Shown piece after piece: positions 63,465-64,000 of a stretch of DNA of 64,000 nt. A program made the position numbers and the translations under genes. This DNA comes from Phyllosticta citribraziliensis. Lineage: Eukaryota. How positions within the stretch are numbered: the first letter of the stretch is position 1; every line of letters begins with the position of its first letter. Under the pieces are notes generated by a model. That model did no database searches, was not told where the DNA came from, and saw nothing but the letters and a program-made list of their open reading frames with translations. The stretch covers positions 310,001 through 374,000 of the forward strand of contig NW_027117341.1 in NCBI RefSeq assembly GCF_038025025.1. Direction: 5' to 3'.

Positions 63465-64000
63465 CTATCCGAAAATCACTCGATCAAAAGTCTCCACAAA
63501 CGACTTGACCTCCTCTTCCGTGTTGTAATGCACCATTGAGAACCGCACGACGCCGTGCTCGCCCGCCTGCAAAACGTCGTCGACCAGCCTCTTGCTGTAG
63601 AAATGGCCCCATCGAAACGCGAAATCCGACGCCTTCTCCACGGCCTCGACCACCTCCTTTGCGCTCCTGCCCTTGACGCCCCAACTCACCGTGGGCACGC
63701 GCTTGGCGCGGTCCGCATCGGGCACGCCGAAGATGGTAAACACGTCAGGCTTGGAGCGGAGATAGTCGAGCAAGATGCTCTGCAGGCGCTCCTCGTGCGC
63801 GGGAATGGCCGCGCCGACTCGCTCCATGTAGTCGACGACGACGGGGATGGACGCCGTGAGCTCGTAGTTTGACGCCGCCAGCGACAGCTTCTGCTCCAGC
63901 GTCTGCGAGGGGTTGAAGAAGTGCCCGAGCGACCGGACCGACGCCTCGTGCGCCGCGCGCCGCCCGTACAGCAGTGACACGTGCGGCCCGTACACCTTGT
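63465..64000 (-). CDS. Class V PLP-dependent enzyme (cysteine desulfurase-like), 3' part only
   Basis: KVYGPH PLP-lysine region at the window edge, RVPTVS, WGHFYSKRL and VRFSMVHYNTEEEV. Confidence 0.88.
   Translation of the reverse strand, partial: KVYGPHVSLLYGRRAAHEASVRSLGHFFNPSQTLEQKLSLAASNYELTASIPVVVDYMERVGAAIPAHEERLQSILLDYLRSKPDVFTIFGVPDADRAKRVPTVSWGVKGRSAKEVVEAVEKASDFAFRWGHFYSKRLVDDVLQAGEHGVVRFSMVHYNTEEEVKSFVETFDRVIFG

Overview
Intron-containing, GC-rich genomic DNA from a filamentous ascomycete (probably a Dothideomycete of Botryosphaeriales type; the taxon is inferred from sequence style only). From ~21 kb onward the window is mostly conserved genes: Baeyer-Villiger monooxygenase, M20 amidohydrolase, LAT1, SEC7, a DAL5-type MFS transporter, an EMW1/TTC27 TPR protein, a Gly/Tyr/Gln-rich protein, a SMY2/GIGYF-type GYF protein, a Zn2Cys6 transcription factor, a DUF1275 protein and a partial class V PLP enzyme. 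There is also an anonymous ~6 kb gap at 51-57 kb. The first 20 kb looks accessory and holds two paralog arrays. (1) Three co-oriented copies of a fungal PD-(D/E)xK restriction-endonuclease-fold family (recalled as DUF7924). Only the middle copy keeps the PD...ExK catalytic motif. That copy is bracketed by doubled, colinear inverted repeats (GGGAGCATTCA / TGACAGGGWGCATTCAA at 4520-4600 and 7058-7102), suggesting a ~2.6 kb transposon-like unit whose only gene is an REase-fold nuclease. (2) Three highly diverged orphan coiled-coil paralogs at 16-20 kb share a phase-1 intron: one is intact, one has a different C-terminus and one is interrupted by a single in-frame TAG. No rRNA, tRNA or CRISPR was recognised. 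All family names are from memory and need HMM confirmation.
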